64,000 nucleotides of DNA from positions 32,001 through 96,000 of IMG/VR virus record IMGVR_UViG_3300032334_000315; one strand, given 5' to 3'. The stretch comes from a virus. Within the stretch, counting starts at the first letter, position 1. Every line of letters begins with the position of its first letter. Below, one piece after another: positions 35,418-44,929 of this stretch. Position numbers and translations under genes: made by a program. Under the pieces are notes generated by a model that worked only from the letters and a program-made list of their open reading frames with translations, was not told the DNA's origin and did not search any database.

Positions 35418-38400
35418 TTATTGTTGACCAGTTGGATTACCAACAGCAGCAGGATATCCAGAAACTCGGTCTGCGGTAAGCGTTGCTGGATATGCACGAC
35501 CAGTTCCCCATATGATTCTAACGCATCCAGGTCCACCATTCCCGCCTGGTTGATTATTACCATCCCCAGCGCCACCTCCACCTCCAAATCTCCCACCATG
35601 AGGAGGCTGATTTGCACCATTAGGATATGGTGTAGCAGTATATCCTCTTTCACCTAATTGCACACCAGAAGCTGTTGTTGTTGCAACACCTCCTGATCCA
35701 CCACCACCACGACCACAACTAGAACCAGCTCCTGCATAAGAAGTTCCTGCTATACTAGCAACTGCGACAGAACCAAATGGTGAAGTTCCACCACCTCCAC
35801 CACCAACAGCATAATATAGTCCAGCAGTTGCACTGCCTCCCCCGGATCCACCTGCACCTCCAGATGTAGATGCAACCCCTGAACCAGCAGTTAGTGTAGG
35901 AACAGTTCCGGTAACAGCACCACCAGCACCTCCAGCAACAGTGTATCCACCAGCTCCGCCACCACCACCACCAGCATATGTTCCGATTCCAGCGCCACCG
36001 GCACCACCAGCAAAACCAGTACCAGCACCAACTGTGCCACCAGCACCACCGGCAGGTGCTGCGTTTGTTCCTCCTGGTTGACCGCCGTTAGCGATAATTG
36101 TTGAAGCAAAAGAACTTGCTCCACCAGCAGTCGGAGTTCCGCCATATACTCCTGGAGCACCACATGTTATCGTATATGTTGTTCCACCTGTTACGGCAAT
36201 GCTTGCACTATATGCTAATGCGCCTCCTCCACCGCCGCCTCCTCCGTTTGGTCCACCGCCTCCGCCTGCACCAATAGCTACAGCAGAAACGGCTGTGTAT
36301 CCTTTCGGTGCTGTAAATGTGAATACGCCTGGAGTTCCTGTATAAACTAAGTTAGGCCCAGAAACATAATCTGGATAAGCACACCAACATTGACCACCAC
36401 CAGGTAATGCAAGTGGTTTTGAAGTATCAGCAACAAGTACAGTCGGCGCAGTTGCCAAGATAGTTCCTGATGTTGAATCAGAACGTAATTGCAATTGAAT
36501 ATCTTGAACACCTTCTTGCAATATGTCTTGACCAACTGTTAACGCGAGTGTTCCTGTTCCATTTGTGATAGGAATTGATCCTTTGTTATCTACAACAAAA
36601 GGATAATCAGGATAATTACGATTTACGATTGTGCTTGGTGGATAATAAAGTGCGGTGCCTTTGATGATACGAATGTTAGAAAGATATCCAACCCATCGCG
36701 CACCACCTGGATCTTGACCAATATTTAATACCGAACCATCATCATATATTGCTGTTGTATGAGCATATTGTCTAACCATTAGTCCGTTTATATAAAGATA
36801 GATAACTCCATTTGTTTTGGTAATCGCAAAATGATACCATGTGCTGATAGCAAATGTTCCTGCAGTGGCATCGTTAATAGTCCAAGCTGAACCGTCGGCA
36901 TTAGCAACTCTTAGATGGAATCTGCTTGCTGTTGTTGTTGATGTGCCAAAATTAACACCGCTGATATTGGATCCGGATCTCTTATAAATCAAACCTTTAT
37001 TGATAGTAGTCGCGCTCGTGTATAGATATCCTTCAATAGTGAAATCATCTGTTGAACCAAAAACAAAATTTTGACTGTGAGGAACATAAAGATATTGTGT
37101 TGTTCCGTTGAATTGATAACTATAAGTGCTGGCAAATGGAATAATAGTGCTACCTGCTGTAACAGTAGCAATGTTTGTTATAGTGTTTATGCCAGTAACA
37201 TCAGTGATAGTCGCTGATTGGGCCGTCAATAGTTTTGTATTAGTGACCGCTGTTAATGCGATTGTCGATGGTAAAAATCCATGTGGATAATTCCAAATCA
37301 TTCTAAGTGCACCAGCACCTCCAGCACCACCAGTAGGATTTCCTCCACCTCCTCCACCTCCATAGATAGCACCAGCACCACCTACAGTCGAGGTTGCGTT
37401 ACCGCCGTTAGAACCTCCAGAACCACCATATCCTCCTTGCCCTAAAATAGCGCCAGTTGAACCTGCAAGATTGACACCACCTAATCCTAGATTTGAAATA
37501 CCTAGAAGACCTACACCGCCACCACCACCACCGTTTCCGGTAGATGTATTAACTACGGTTCCTGTGCTGTCTAATATTCCGGCGCCGCCGCCAGTTGATC
37601 CACCACCACCACCGTTTAGGGAATTTTTTCCTGATTGCGATATATTACCACTCCAAACTCCGCCATTGCCGCCGGCGGCTGTATATCCACCAGCTCCACC
37701 ACCTCCATTTCCTAATGATCCTGATGCAGGCCATCCACCAGCTCCACCAGCAAAACCTGTACCAGCACCTACTATACCACCATATCCTCCATTAGTAGCA
37801 GCATTTCCACCGCTCGCATAAACAATAGTACCATCATTCCAGTAAGTAGGAGCTCCATTAGTACCAGCAGCGACACTAGTGCCACCTACTCCACCTATTC
37901 CAACTTGAATTGGATAAACAGTACCTGGAACAACAGCGACATCTTTAACATATGACAAAGCGCCACCACCGCCTCCGTGTGGACCAGCTGTATCACCACT
38001 TCCACCACCACCAACACAAACAACACTAATACGATACACACCATCAGGACATGTCCAGTTAGCAGCACCAGTTGTCATAGTACCAAGACCTGTGCCTGTT
38101 ACAGTAGATGGATATACACCTTGTGCAAACCAGTCAGAGCCAACTGTTATCGTTAGATTGTTTGTTGGTGTTGTTAATCCTAAGCTTGCACCAGGAATTG
38201 TTATCGTGTCACCAATTTGATATCCTGATCCAGGAGATGTCGGTATTACGGTAAGAACACCATGTGTAGCCATAGTGGTAGTCGCATTGTTTTTTCTAAT
38301 GCTGAATACTGCACCTGTTCCTGAACCACTCGTTGCTGATTGCGTAAGACCTGTGAATGACCAAAGCGTAGCAGTAGCAGTTCCAGACCATGTGAGCGGA

Positions 38401-40382
38401 GTAACGCCATACACAAGGCCGCCGCTAAAATCTGCTGCCGCCATTGAACCAGTATTTGTATAGTATAATATGCCAGACCTTGATAGTGGAGCATTTATTG
38501 TGTATGTTACCGTATCACCTTCATTCACTATTTTTTTATCTGGTGTTATTGTGTACGCGAGTGAAACTTCGTCAATTGAATCATAAACTTGATATGACGA
38601 AGATGTTTGTTTTCTTACAGTAGTACCAGATGTTGCGGTTAATCTTGATGGATTAAGAGTATATTCATCAAACGAACTTTTTATGAATAAGTTACCTCCG
38701 TTAGTCAAACGACTGTCTGACCATGTTATTGAGCTTGCAGTAGGAAAAACTGTTGCTGCTAGTGAATTCCATACGATTCTGATTGCTCCGGCGCCACCTG
38801 CTGCTGCACTAGATCCACCGCCACCACCGCCATATGCGCCGCCTACATCTGTTGCATATCCAGTTCCACCACTGGTACCACCAGAACCACCAGTACCTGC
38901 TACACCTAAACTGTTTCCTGCTGTACCATTACTCCCTAATCCATATAATCCAACGCCACCGCCGCCAGCAGCTCCAGCAGCTCCACCACCACCACCTCCT
39001 CCAGTAGACGATGTTGCGCTTGTATATGTTAGAGATGGATATGGTCCATTTACTGTGCTGCCGTTACCACCGGTGCCAGTATATCCACCAGCGCCGCCGC
39101 CGCCAGCTGATTCTAATGTACCTTGGCCATTACCACCAGTGCCTCCTGCAAATCCAGTTCCAGCTAATACGGTGCCACCAGCACCACCAACAGGGCTAGC
39201 GTAATTACCGCCTGTATAACCACCACCCGCTGCTACAGTAGAAGTATTATTGAAATAACTTGTTCCACCAGATCCTCCATTGTAATCGCTAGGAAATCCT
39301 GCAACTACGGTATATGTTGTACCAGGAGTAACCGAATAGTTATTAATATATGCAAGAGCAGCTCCACCGCCACCTCCACCACCATTATATCCACCAGTAC
39401 CACCTCCACCAACACAAACAACACTAACACTAGTAACACCAGCTGGACATGTCCATGTGAATGTTCCAGCAGTACCAGAGTATGCTAGTGTTCCTGCTCC
39501 TGATGTTGCTGATATAGTAGAAGGATAAACAGCTATTGCGTCTGTATAAACATTAGAACCGCTTGATGGACTATATTCATCAAATGTACCAGGTATCTGA
39601 AGCACACCACTATTAGTAAATCGTTGTGCTAGTGTGCCAACAGTCGCATCTGTAGTGTCGGATAAAGTTAATGTTTCTACTATAACATTGTCACCAAAAG
39701 GACCGTTATTTGTTACAGAAACTAATGATCCTGTGCCTGTTGCAGTATTAACGAAAGTTAAATGGTTTGGCCCATCATCGTATATAATAGGAGATACCGC
39801 TGTTAATAATACAGTTCCGCTAATAGCGGTTAATGTTGATGTGGGAACTGTGTATGTTGTACCGGTATATAAAGCAGTTCCAATAACTATGCGGTGATTT
39901 GATATATAATAATCGGCATATGAAATTGCTCCAGTGTTTTCTGAACCATTAACGTGCCAATTGGCTGCGCTTGTTATTGAGCCTGATATAGTAGTCGTTG
40001 CTATACGAGAACCATCAACATATAAAGATAATGCTGTGCCGGATCTAACATATGCGATATGATACCAACGATCCGGAATAAAATTATAAGTCGTAAGGCC
40101 TGTGGTAGCGGCGCTTCCACCAATAAGAACAGCAGCGTTGAGTGATACATCATTTGTAGATGGATAATTGAAAGTAGCAGCAAGAAATGTTGATGAACCA
40201 GTATTCCATACACCAAAAAGGGATGTATCTCTTTGGGCACCACCAAACATAGAAGAATTAAATCTCACGAATGCTTCTATGGTCCAGTTATTAGTACCAA
40301 AAGCAAGAGTTCCGGTAAATCTTAACTGACCACCATTATAATAATCAGTTCCTTGGCACTTATAAGCATAATCAATAGCCAT
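35418..40382 (-). CDS. Large adhesin/fibre protein: 2 LamG domains, 3 Gly-rich domains, split Ig-like domain
   Basis: WTIEAFV..WYHIAYVR and FTIEGYL..WYHFAITK LamG motifs; three WTCPxGV..GGGG..RIxW-type units. Confidence 0.8.
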   Translation of the reverse strand: MAIDYAYKCQGTDYYNGGQLRFTGTLAFGTNNWTIEAFVRFNSSMFGGAQRDTSLFGVWNTGSSTFLAATFNYPSTNDVSLNAAVLIGGSAATTGLTTYNFIPDRWYHIAYVRSGTALSLYVDGSRIATTTISGSITSAANWHVNGSENTGAISYADYYISNHRIVIGTALYTGTTYTVPTSTLTAISGTVLLTAVSPIIYDDGPNHLTFVNTATGTGSLVSVTNNGPFGDNVIVETLTLSDTTDATVGTLAQRFTNSGVLQIPGTFDEYSPSSGSNVYTDAIAVYPSTISATSGAGTLAYSGTAGTFTWTCPAGVTSVSVVCVGGGGTGGYNGGGGGGGAALAYINNYSVTPGTTYTVVAGFPSDYNGGSGGTSYFNNTSTVAAGGGYTGGNYASPVGGAGGTVLAGTGFAGGTGGNGQGTLESAGGGGAGGYTGTGGNGSTVNGPYPSLTYTSATSSTGGGGGGGAAGAAGGGGVGLYGLGSNGTAGNSLGVAGTGGSGGTSGGTGYATDVGGAYGGGGGGSSAAAGGAGAIRIVWNSLAATVFPTASSITWSDSRLTNGGNLFIKSSFDEYTLNPSRLTATSGTTVRKQTSSSYQVYDSIDEVSLAYTITPDKKIVNEGDTVTYTINAPLSRSGILYYTNTGSMAAADFSGGLVYGVTPLTWSGTATATLWSFTGLTQSATSGSGTGAVFSIRKNNATTTMATHGVLTVIPTSPGSGYQIGDTITIPGASLGLTTPTNNLTITVGSDWFAQGVYPSTVTGTGLGTMTTGAANWTCPDGVYRISVVCVGGGGSGDTAGPHGGGGGALSYVKDVAVVPGTVYPIQVGIGGVGGTSVAAGTNGAPTYWNDGTIVYASGGNAATNGGYGGIVGAGTGFAGGAGGWPASGSLGNGGGGAGGYTAAGGNGGVWSGNISQSGKNSLNGGGGGSTGGGAGILDSTGTVVNTSTGNGGGGGGVGLLGISNLGLGGVNLAGSTGAILGQGGYGGSGGSNGGNATSTVGGAGAIYGGGGGGGNPTGGAGGAGALRMIWNYPHGFLPSTIALTAVTNTKLLTAQSATITDVTGINTITNIATVTAGSTIIPFASTYSYQFNGTTQYLYVPHSQNFVFGSTDDFTIEGYLYTSATTINKGLIYKRSGSNISGVNFGTSTTTASRFHLRVANADGSAWTINDATAGTFAISTWYHFAITKTNGVIYLYINGLMVRQYAHTTAIYDDGSVLNIGQDPGGARWVGYLSNIRIIKGTALYYPPSTIVNRNYPDYPFVVDNKGSIPITNGTGTLALTVGQDILQEGVQDIQLQLRSDSTSGTILATAPTVLVADTSKPLALPGGGQCWCAYPDYVSGPNLVYTGTPGVFTFTAPKGYTAVSAVAIGAGGGGGPNGGGGGGGGALAYSASIAVTGGTTYTITCGAPGVYGGTPTAGGASSFASTIIANGGQPGGTNAAPAGGAGGTVGAGTGFAGGAGGAGIGTYAGGGGGGAGGYTVAGGAGGAVTGTVPTLTAGSGVASTSGGAGGSGGGSATAGLYYAVGGGGGGTSPFGSVAVASIAGTSYAGAGSSCGRGGGGSGGVATTTASGVQLGERGYTATPYPNGANQPPHGGRFGGGGGAGDGNNQPGGNGGPGCVRIIWGTGRAYPATLTADRVSGYPAAVGNPTGQQ

Positions 40383-42955
40383 TATCCAAACACCGTATCC
40401 AATGAGCTAGTCGTAGTGTTATAATATGTATAGGCCACACTTGTGCCACTTGTTGTGTTAGAAGCATATCCCACACGTCCAGCAGTATATATGTTGCCAG
40501 TAACACCAACACCGCCAGTCACTTTGAATGCACCGGTCAGATTAGATGTTGATGCTGTTGTATCTGTAACAGTAGTGGCACCAGAAATTGTTCCGCCAGT
40601 GAATGAACCACCACCACCTGTTGCGGTAAATGTTATAGTATCAGTCGTTGGATTAGCAGCGATAGTGATGCCTGACCCAGCAACAAGAGTAAGTCTATCG
40701 GTTGTTGAATCAGCAGAAACTACGTTTGCACCTACAAGAATTCCTGAGAATCCGTTAGCAGCAGAACCACCACCGCCTGCTACAGGAGACCAATAGATGC
40801 CTGTACCTGATGTGCGGAGATAATAACCAGCCGTACCAGCAACACCGTTAGCCGTTAGAGTGCCAGTGATTACTGGATTATTTTTAGTTAGATATAGCGT
40901 TGATGCGTTTGCAACCTGCAATCTATCACTGATAAGAGTTCTAAGCGCAGTGTTAGTGCCAGTAAGATTGGTGTTAATTAGATTGATGCGCAGGTTCGTG
41001 TTTGCGAGCGCAGCACGTTCAATTGCTTTTGTTTGGTAAACAGACGCAGCGTTAGCTACTTGAAGCCTATCGGATACCAATGTGCGAATAGCAGTGTTAG
41101 TACCAGTTAAACCAACCCAAGATGCTTTAGCTAATAATAACGTATTGACGTTTGCAACTTGGTATCTGTCACTGATAAGTGTACGGAGTGCAGTGTTAGT
41201 GCCCGTCAATCCTGCCCATGTAGCTTTTGCATTTAGTAGCGTATTGACGTTTGCAACCTGATACCTATCATTAATCAATAGACGAAGAGCAGTGTTAGTA
41301 CTAGTTAAATTGGTATTGATTAGGTTGATACGACTTGCTTGTGTGCCAATATAAGAATTTGTATTTGCGAGCGCAGCACGTTCAACTGCTTTTGTTTGAT
41401 AAATTAATGCAGCATTCGCTACCTGAAGTCTATCACTAATAAGTAAACGAAGCGCAGTATTGGTACCAGTTACCGACGCCCATGAAGCTTTGGTTGCAAT
41501 GTATGAATTGGTATTTGCAAGGTACACTTTTGTGTTAGCAACAGATATTTTAGTTGCAATAAGACTGGCCGTTGACGTAGCAAAGTTAGGGTCATTTGCT
41601 AAAGCAGCAGCAAGTTCATATAGTGTGTTTAGTGTGCCGGGCGCTGAATTGACAACAGCCGCAACAGATGTGTCCACATAATTACGAATGGCCGTATTTG
41701 TGCTTGTTAATGCAGACCATGATGCTTTTGTAGCAATATAAGAATTTGTATTTGCTAATGCTGCTCGTTCTACGGCTTTCGTTTGATAAGTTGCTACCGC
41801 ATTTGCAACCTGTAGTCTGTCACTGATAAGTGTTCTCAGTGCAGTGTTAGTTCCTGTAACGCTAGTCCAAGTGGCCTTAGCTGCTAACAATGTGTTGACA
41901 TTGGCTACTTGATATCTATCAGATACTAGAGTACGGATAGCTGTGTTAGTTCCAGTAAGCGCAGACCAAGATGCTTTAGTAGCAATGTAAGAATTGGTAT
42001 TAGCGAGTGCAGCACGTTCAACAGATTTGGTTTGATACGTTGCAACTGCGTTTGCTACTTGTAAATACTGAGTAGTAGAGCCTCCGCCACCAGTTAGAAG
42101 ATTAGTACCTACACCACCAGCCGCAGCAGTTAAATCAATATATACACCACGAGCAGATCCACCTTGTTCAAAAATTCTTAGTTTGTTTTGATATGCGTCA
42201 ATAGTTATGCCACCACTAGTTGTTGCATTTGGTGGTTTTGCTAGATTTATTTGGCCGCCTTCATCACCACTAGCGAGAGTTGAAGTCAATTCGGAACCAC
42301 TAACAATTCCAGTTGCTGTTATTGTGCCTGTAATTGACGGATTAGATAATGGTGCATATGTAGCAGCAGCATTGGCAACTTGTAGGCGATTATTGATTAA
42401 TGTACGAAGTGCGGTATTAGTTCCAGTTAAATTGGTATTGATTAGGTTGATACGAAGATTTGTATTGGCGAGTGCTGCTCTTTCTACTGCTTTTGTTTGA
42501 TAAATCGCTGATGCGTTCGCTACCTGAAGTCTATCGCTAATAAGTGTACGAAGTGATGTGTTAGTACCAGTAAGCGCAGACCAAGATGCTTTTGTTGCAC
42601 CAATAGCAGTAGCATTAGCAACTTGCATTCTGTCAGATATCAAAGATCTTAATGCGGTGTTAGTACCAGTGAGATTGGTATTGATTAGATTAACACGAAG
42701 ATTGGTATTTGCCAGCTGAGACTTGATAAACGAATTCGTATTTGCAAGATATGCTTTGGTATTAGCAACTTGCATACGGTCACTGATAAGTGTACGAATA
42801 GCAGTGTTGGTTGATGTAAGCGCAGACCATGATGCACCACCAGAAACTGGTGTTGACCAATATGCCGTATTGCTAGTCGTATTGGCCGTCAGCACCTGAC
42901 CATTTGTTGATCCTGTGACAGTTATTTGTTGTGGTAATATTTTTTGTACAGCCAT
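40382..42955 (-). CDS. Repetitive coiled-coil fibre protein
   Basis: Repeated QVAN / ERAALANTNS / TGTNTALRTLISDR modules; APGTLNTLYELAAALANDPNFAT tail-fibre motif. Confidence 0.8.
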   Translation of the reverse strand: MAVQKILPQQITVTGSTNGQVLTANTTSNTAYWSTPVSGGASWSALTSTNTAIRTLISDRMQVANTKAYLANTNSFIKSQLANTNLRVNLINTNLTGTNTALRSLISDRMQVANATAIGATKASWSALTGTNTSLRTLISDRLQVANASAIYQTKAVERAALANTNLRINLINTNLTGTNTALRTLINNRLQVANAAATYAPLSNPSITGTITATGIVSGSELTSTLASGDEGGQINLAKPPNATTSGGITIDAYQNKLRIFEQGGSARGVYIDLTAAAGGVGTNLLTGGGGSTTQYLQVANAVATYQTKSVERAALANTNSYIATKASWSALTGTNTAIRTLVSDRYQVANVNTLLAAKATWTSVTGTNTALRTLISDRLQVANAVATYQTKAVERAALANTNSYIATKASWSALTSTNTAIRNYVDTSVAAVVNSAPGTLNTLYELAAALANDPNFATSTASLIATKISVANTKVYLANTNSYIATKASWASVTGTNTALRLLISDRLQVANAALIYQTKAVERAALANTNSYIGTQASRINLINTNLTSTNTALRLLINDRYQVANVNTLLNAKATWAGLTGTNTALRTLISDRYQVANVNTLLLAKASWVGLTGTNTAIRTLVSDRLQVANAASVYQTKAIERAALANTNLRINLINTNLTGTNTALRTLISDRLQVANASTLYLTKNNPVITGTLTANGVAGTAGYYLRTSGTGIYWSPVAGGGGSAANGFSGILVGANVVSADSTTDRLTLVAGSGITIAANPTTDTITFTATGGGGSFTGGTISGATTVTDTTASTSNLTGAFKVTGGVGVTGNIYTAGRVGYASNTTSGTSVAYTYYNTTTSSLDTVFG

Positions 42956-42969
42956 CTACACCTATTTAT

Positions 42970-43887
42970 TCAAAAAGTTATTGACCAAGTACCCGATAAG
43001 CTCCACTTGTATGTTCTATATCCACCCGCAACAGTAATAGTCGGTGATCCTGTTGTTGTTACAGCAGCAGGATATGTGTCTGGATAACGAATGATAACAT
43101 TTCCAAATGTTCCAGCTTGACCACCATATCCACTAGCTCCACCAGCTCCGCCGTGTCCTGGTATTGTTGTAGTTGGCGAAAGATCCGTAGTGGCAGTTCC
43201 AGCTAATCCGCCGCTACAGTATGTGACACTTGATCCAGAAATAGTACTTACAATTCCAGCGCCAGCCAAGAAGTTTCCTGGGCCCCCAGCACCTCCACCA
43301 GCTCTAGGAGTATTAAGACTACCAGTTATTAGTGTTCCGCCACCTGCGCCACCATCATATCCCTGTCTCGGAGCATTTAAATAAGTTGATCCTGGATAAA
43401 CACCTCTTCCTGGACCCGCAGCGATACTATTTGATCCGTTCCACCAGAATGCAGCCGCTGAACCACCGCCAGAACCTCCACTTAAACCAGAAACGCCGCT
43501 ACTCTGTGTATATGCACCACCTCCCCCTCCTCCTTTGCAAGTTATTGATAAGGATGTTCCAGTAAGAGAGCTATCTGCGCCACTGTTTCCGCGGCCAAAT
43601 GTGCTTGTGCTGACACCACCATAACCAACTACAATCGCATATGTTAATCCCGACATAGATCCCGTAATAGATTGTGTGCCGATTAATAATCCACCAGCGC
43701 CACCTCCAGCACCTTTGCCACCATACGCGCCTCCGTCACCACCTCCACCAGAACCACCTCCAGCAGCAACAAGATACTCTAAAGCTATTGTGCTTATCGT
43801 TTGCAGATTTGCTCTTTTTGAAGATATTTTTTTTAAACTAATTTTTCGCAAAGACGCAAAACTTTTTGATAATATCTTAATACTCAT
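42970..43887 (-). CDS. Gly-rich virion protein
   Basis: EYLVAAGGGSGG...VIIRYP...ITVAGGYRTYKW. Confidence 0.7.
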   Translation of the reverse strand: MSIKILSKSFASLRKISLKKISSKRANLQTISTIALEYLVAAGGGSGGGGDGGAYGGKGAGGGAGGLLIGTQSITGSMSGLTYAIVVGYGGVSTSTFGRGNSGADSSLTGTSLSITCKGGGGGGAYTQSSGVSGLSGGSGGGSAAAFWWNGSNSIAAGPGRGVYPGSTYLNAPRQGYDGGAGGGTLITGSLNTPRAGGGAGGPGNFLAGAGIVSTISGSSVTYCSGGLAGTATTDLSPTTTIPGHGGAGGASGYGGQAGTFGNVIIRYPDTYPAAVTTTGSPTITVAGGYRTYKWSLSGTWSITF

Positions 43888-44216
43888 TAAGTTATCTCGG
43901 TACCAAATGCTAAAAACGACATGGTTGCCGAACTGGAATAAACAGTAATTACATCGGTTGTGCCTAATGTTATTCCAAGAGTTAAATATATGGAATCATT
44001 TGCCGGCAAAGCAGCATCATAAGCAATATATTGTGTCGCAGCTAATGCAGCTCCAGCTGGTCTAATTGCTACCCTATAAGTGCCAGAACTAGCAGCCTGG
44101 TTGCAAATAACAATGGTAGATATGATTGCGCTTGTTGCGCTAGGTACTGTGTACAAAGTTGTTGCTGTCGTAGCTGATGGATTTACGTTTCCTAAAACTT
44201 TATATGCTGACGCCAT
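43887..44216 (-). CDS. Small beta-rich virion protein
   Basis: YKVLG..PSATTATTLYTVP..FGTEIT. Confidence 0.65.
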   Translation of the reverse strand: MASAYKVLGNVNPSATTATTLYTVPSATSAIISTIVICNQAASSGTYRVAIRPAGAALAATQYIAYDAALPANDSIYLTLGITLGTTDVITVYSSSATMSFLAFGTEIT

Positions 44217-44219
44217 TTT

Positions 44220-44870
44220 TCACATTCCTCCTAATAATAACCAACCTATATATGGATCACCTGCTGGTCCTGCTGGCCCAGTTGCACCAGTCGCTCCATT
44301 TGTTCCTGCCGCACCAGTTAATCCAGCAACAACAACACCTTCCATACTTCTCGCTTCAATAACAGCAGTGTTGTATGGCGCAGATGTAAATGCTAATGTG
44401 GTTCCTGAAATGGTATAGTGTGTTGTTGGTATTTGCAAAATTCCATTTATCGTAACGATAACATTTTTCTGCTGAACCACCGATGTGCTGAGAGTGAAAT
44501 TTGTTTGTGATCCATTACCAGTAAAAGTTTGAGATGTTGCATCTACAGCCGCGCCTGCCGCCCCACCAGCAGCTGGACTCCAATAGATTCCTGAGCCAGA
44601 TGCGCGTAGATAATAACCAGCCGTACCAACAGATCCATTAGCTGTTAGTGTGCCAGTTATTACGGGATTATTTTTTGTGAGATATGTAGAAGCTGCGTTG
44701 GCTACTTCAAGATACGGAGCTACGAAATCAAAGACAACCGTGCCGTTGGAAGAATATATCTTCTTGTCTTTGGTATTGATAGCAAGTTCACCAGTAGCAA
44801 TATCTGAGGTTGTCGGCACTTTCCCGGCAACGCTACTGCGTTTTATTTTAATCTGTGAAGCCACACCCAA
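44220..44870 (-). CDS. Short fibre protein with Mtd-N-like N-terminus and collagen stub
   Basis: IKIKRS..GELAINT; FTGNGSQTNFTL..VTINGILQ; GxxGxx tail. Confidence 0.65.
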   Translation of the reverse strand: MGVASQIKIKRSSVAGKVPTTSDIATGELAINTKDKKIYSSNGTVVFDFVAPYLEVANAASTYLTKNNPVITGTLTANGSVGTAGYYLRASGSGIYWSPAAGGAAGAAVDATSQTFTGNGSQTNFTLSTSVVQQKNVIVTINGILQIPTTHYTISGTTLAFTSAPYNTAVIEARSMEGVVVAGLTGAAGTNGATGATGPAGPAGDPYIGWLLLGGM

Positions 44871-44929
44871 CTCCTAGAGAGGAAGGCCAAGGGAAACACT
44901 TGTCCCTTGGCCTGAGTGATTATATTTAG

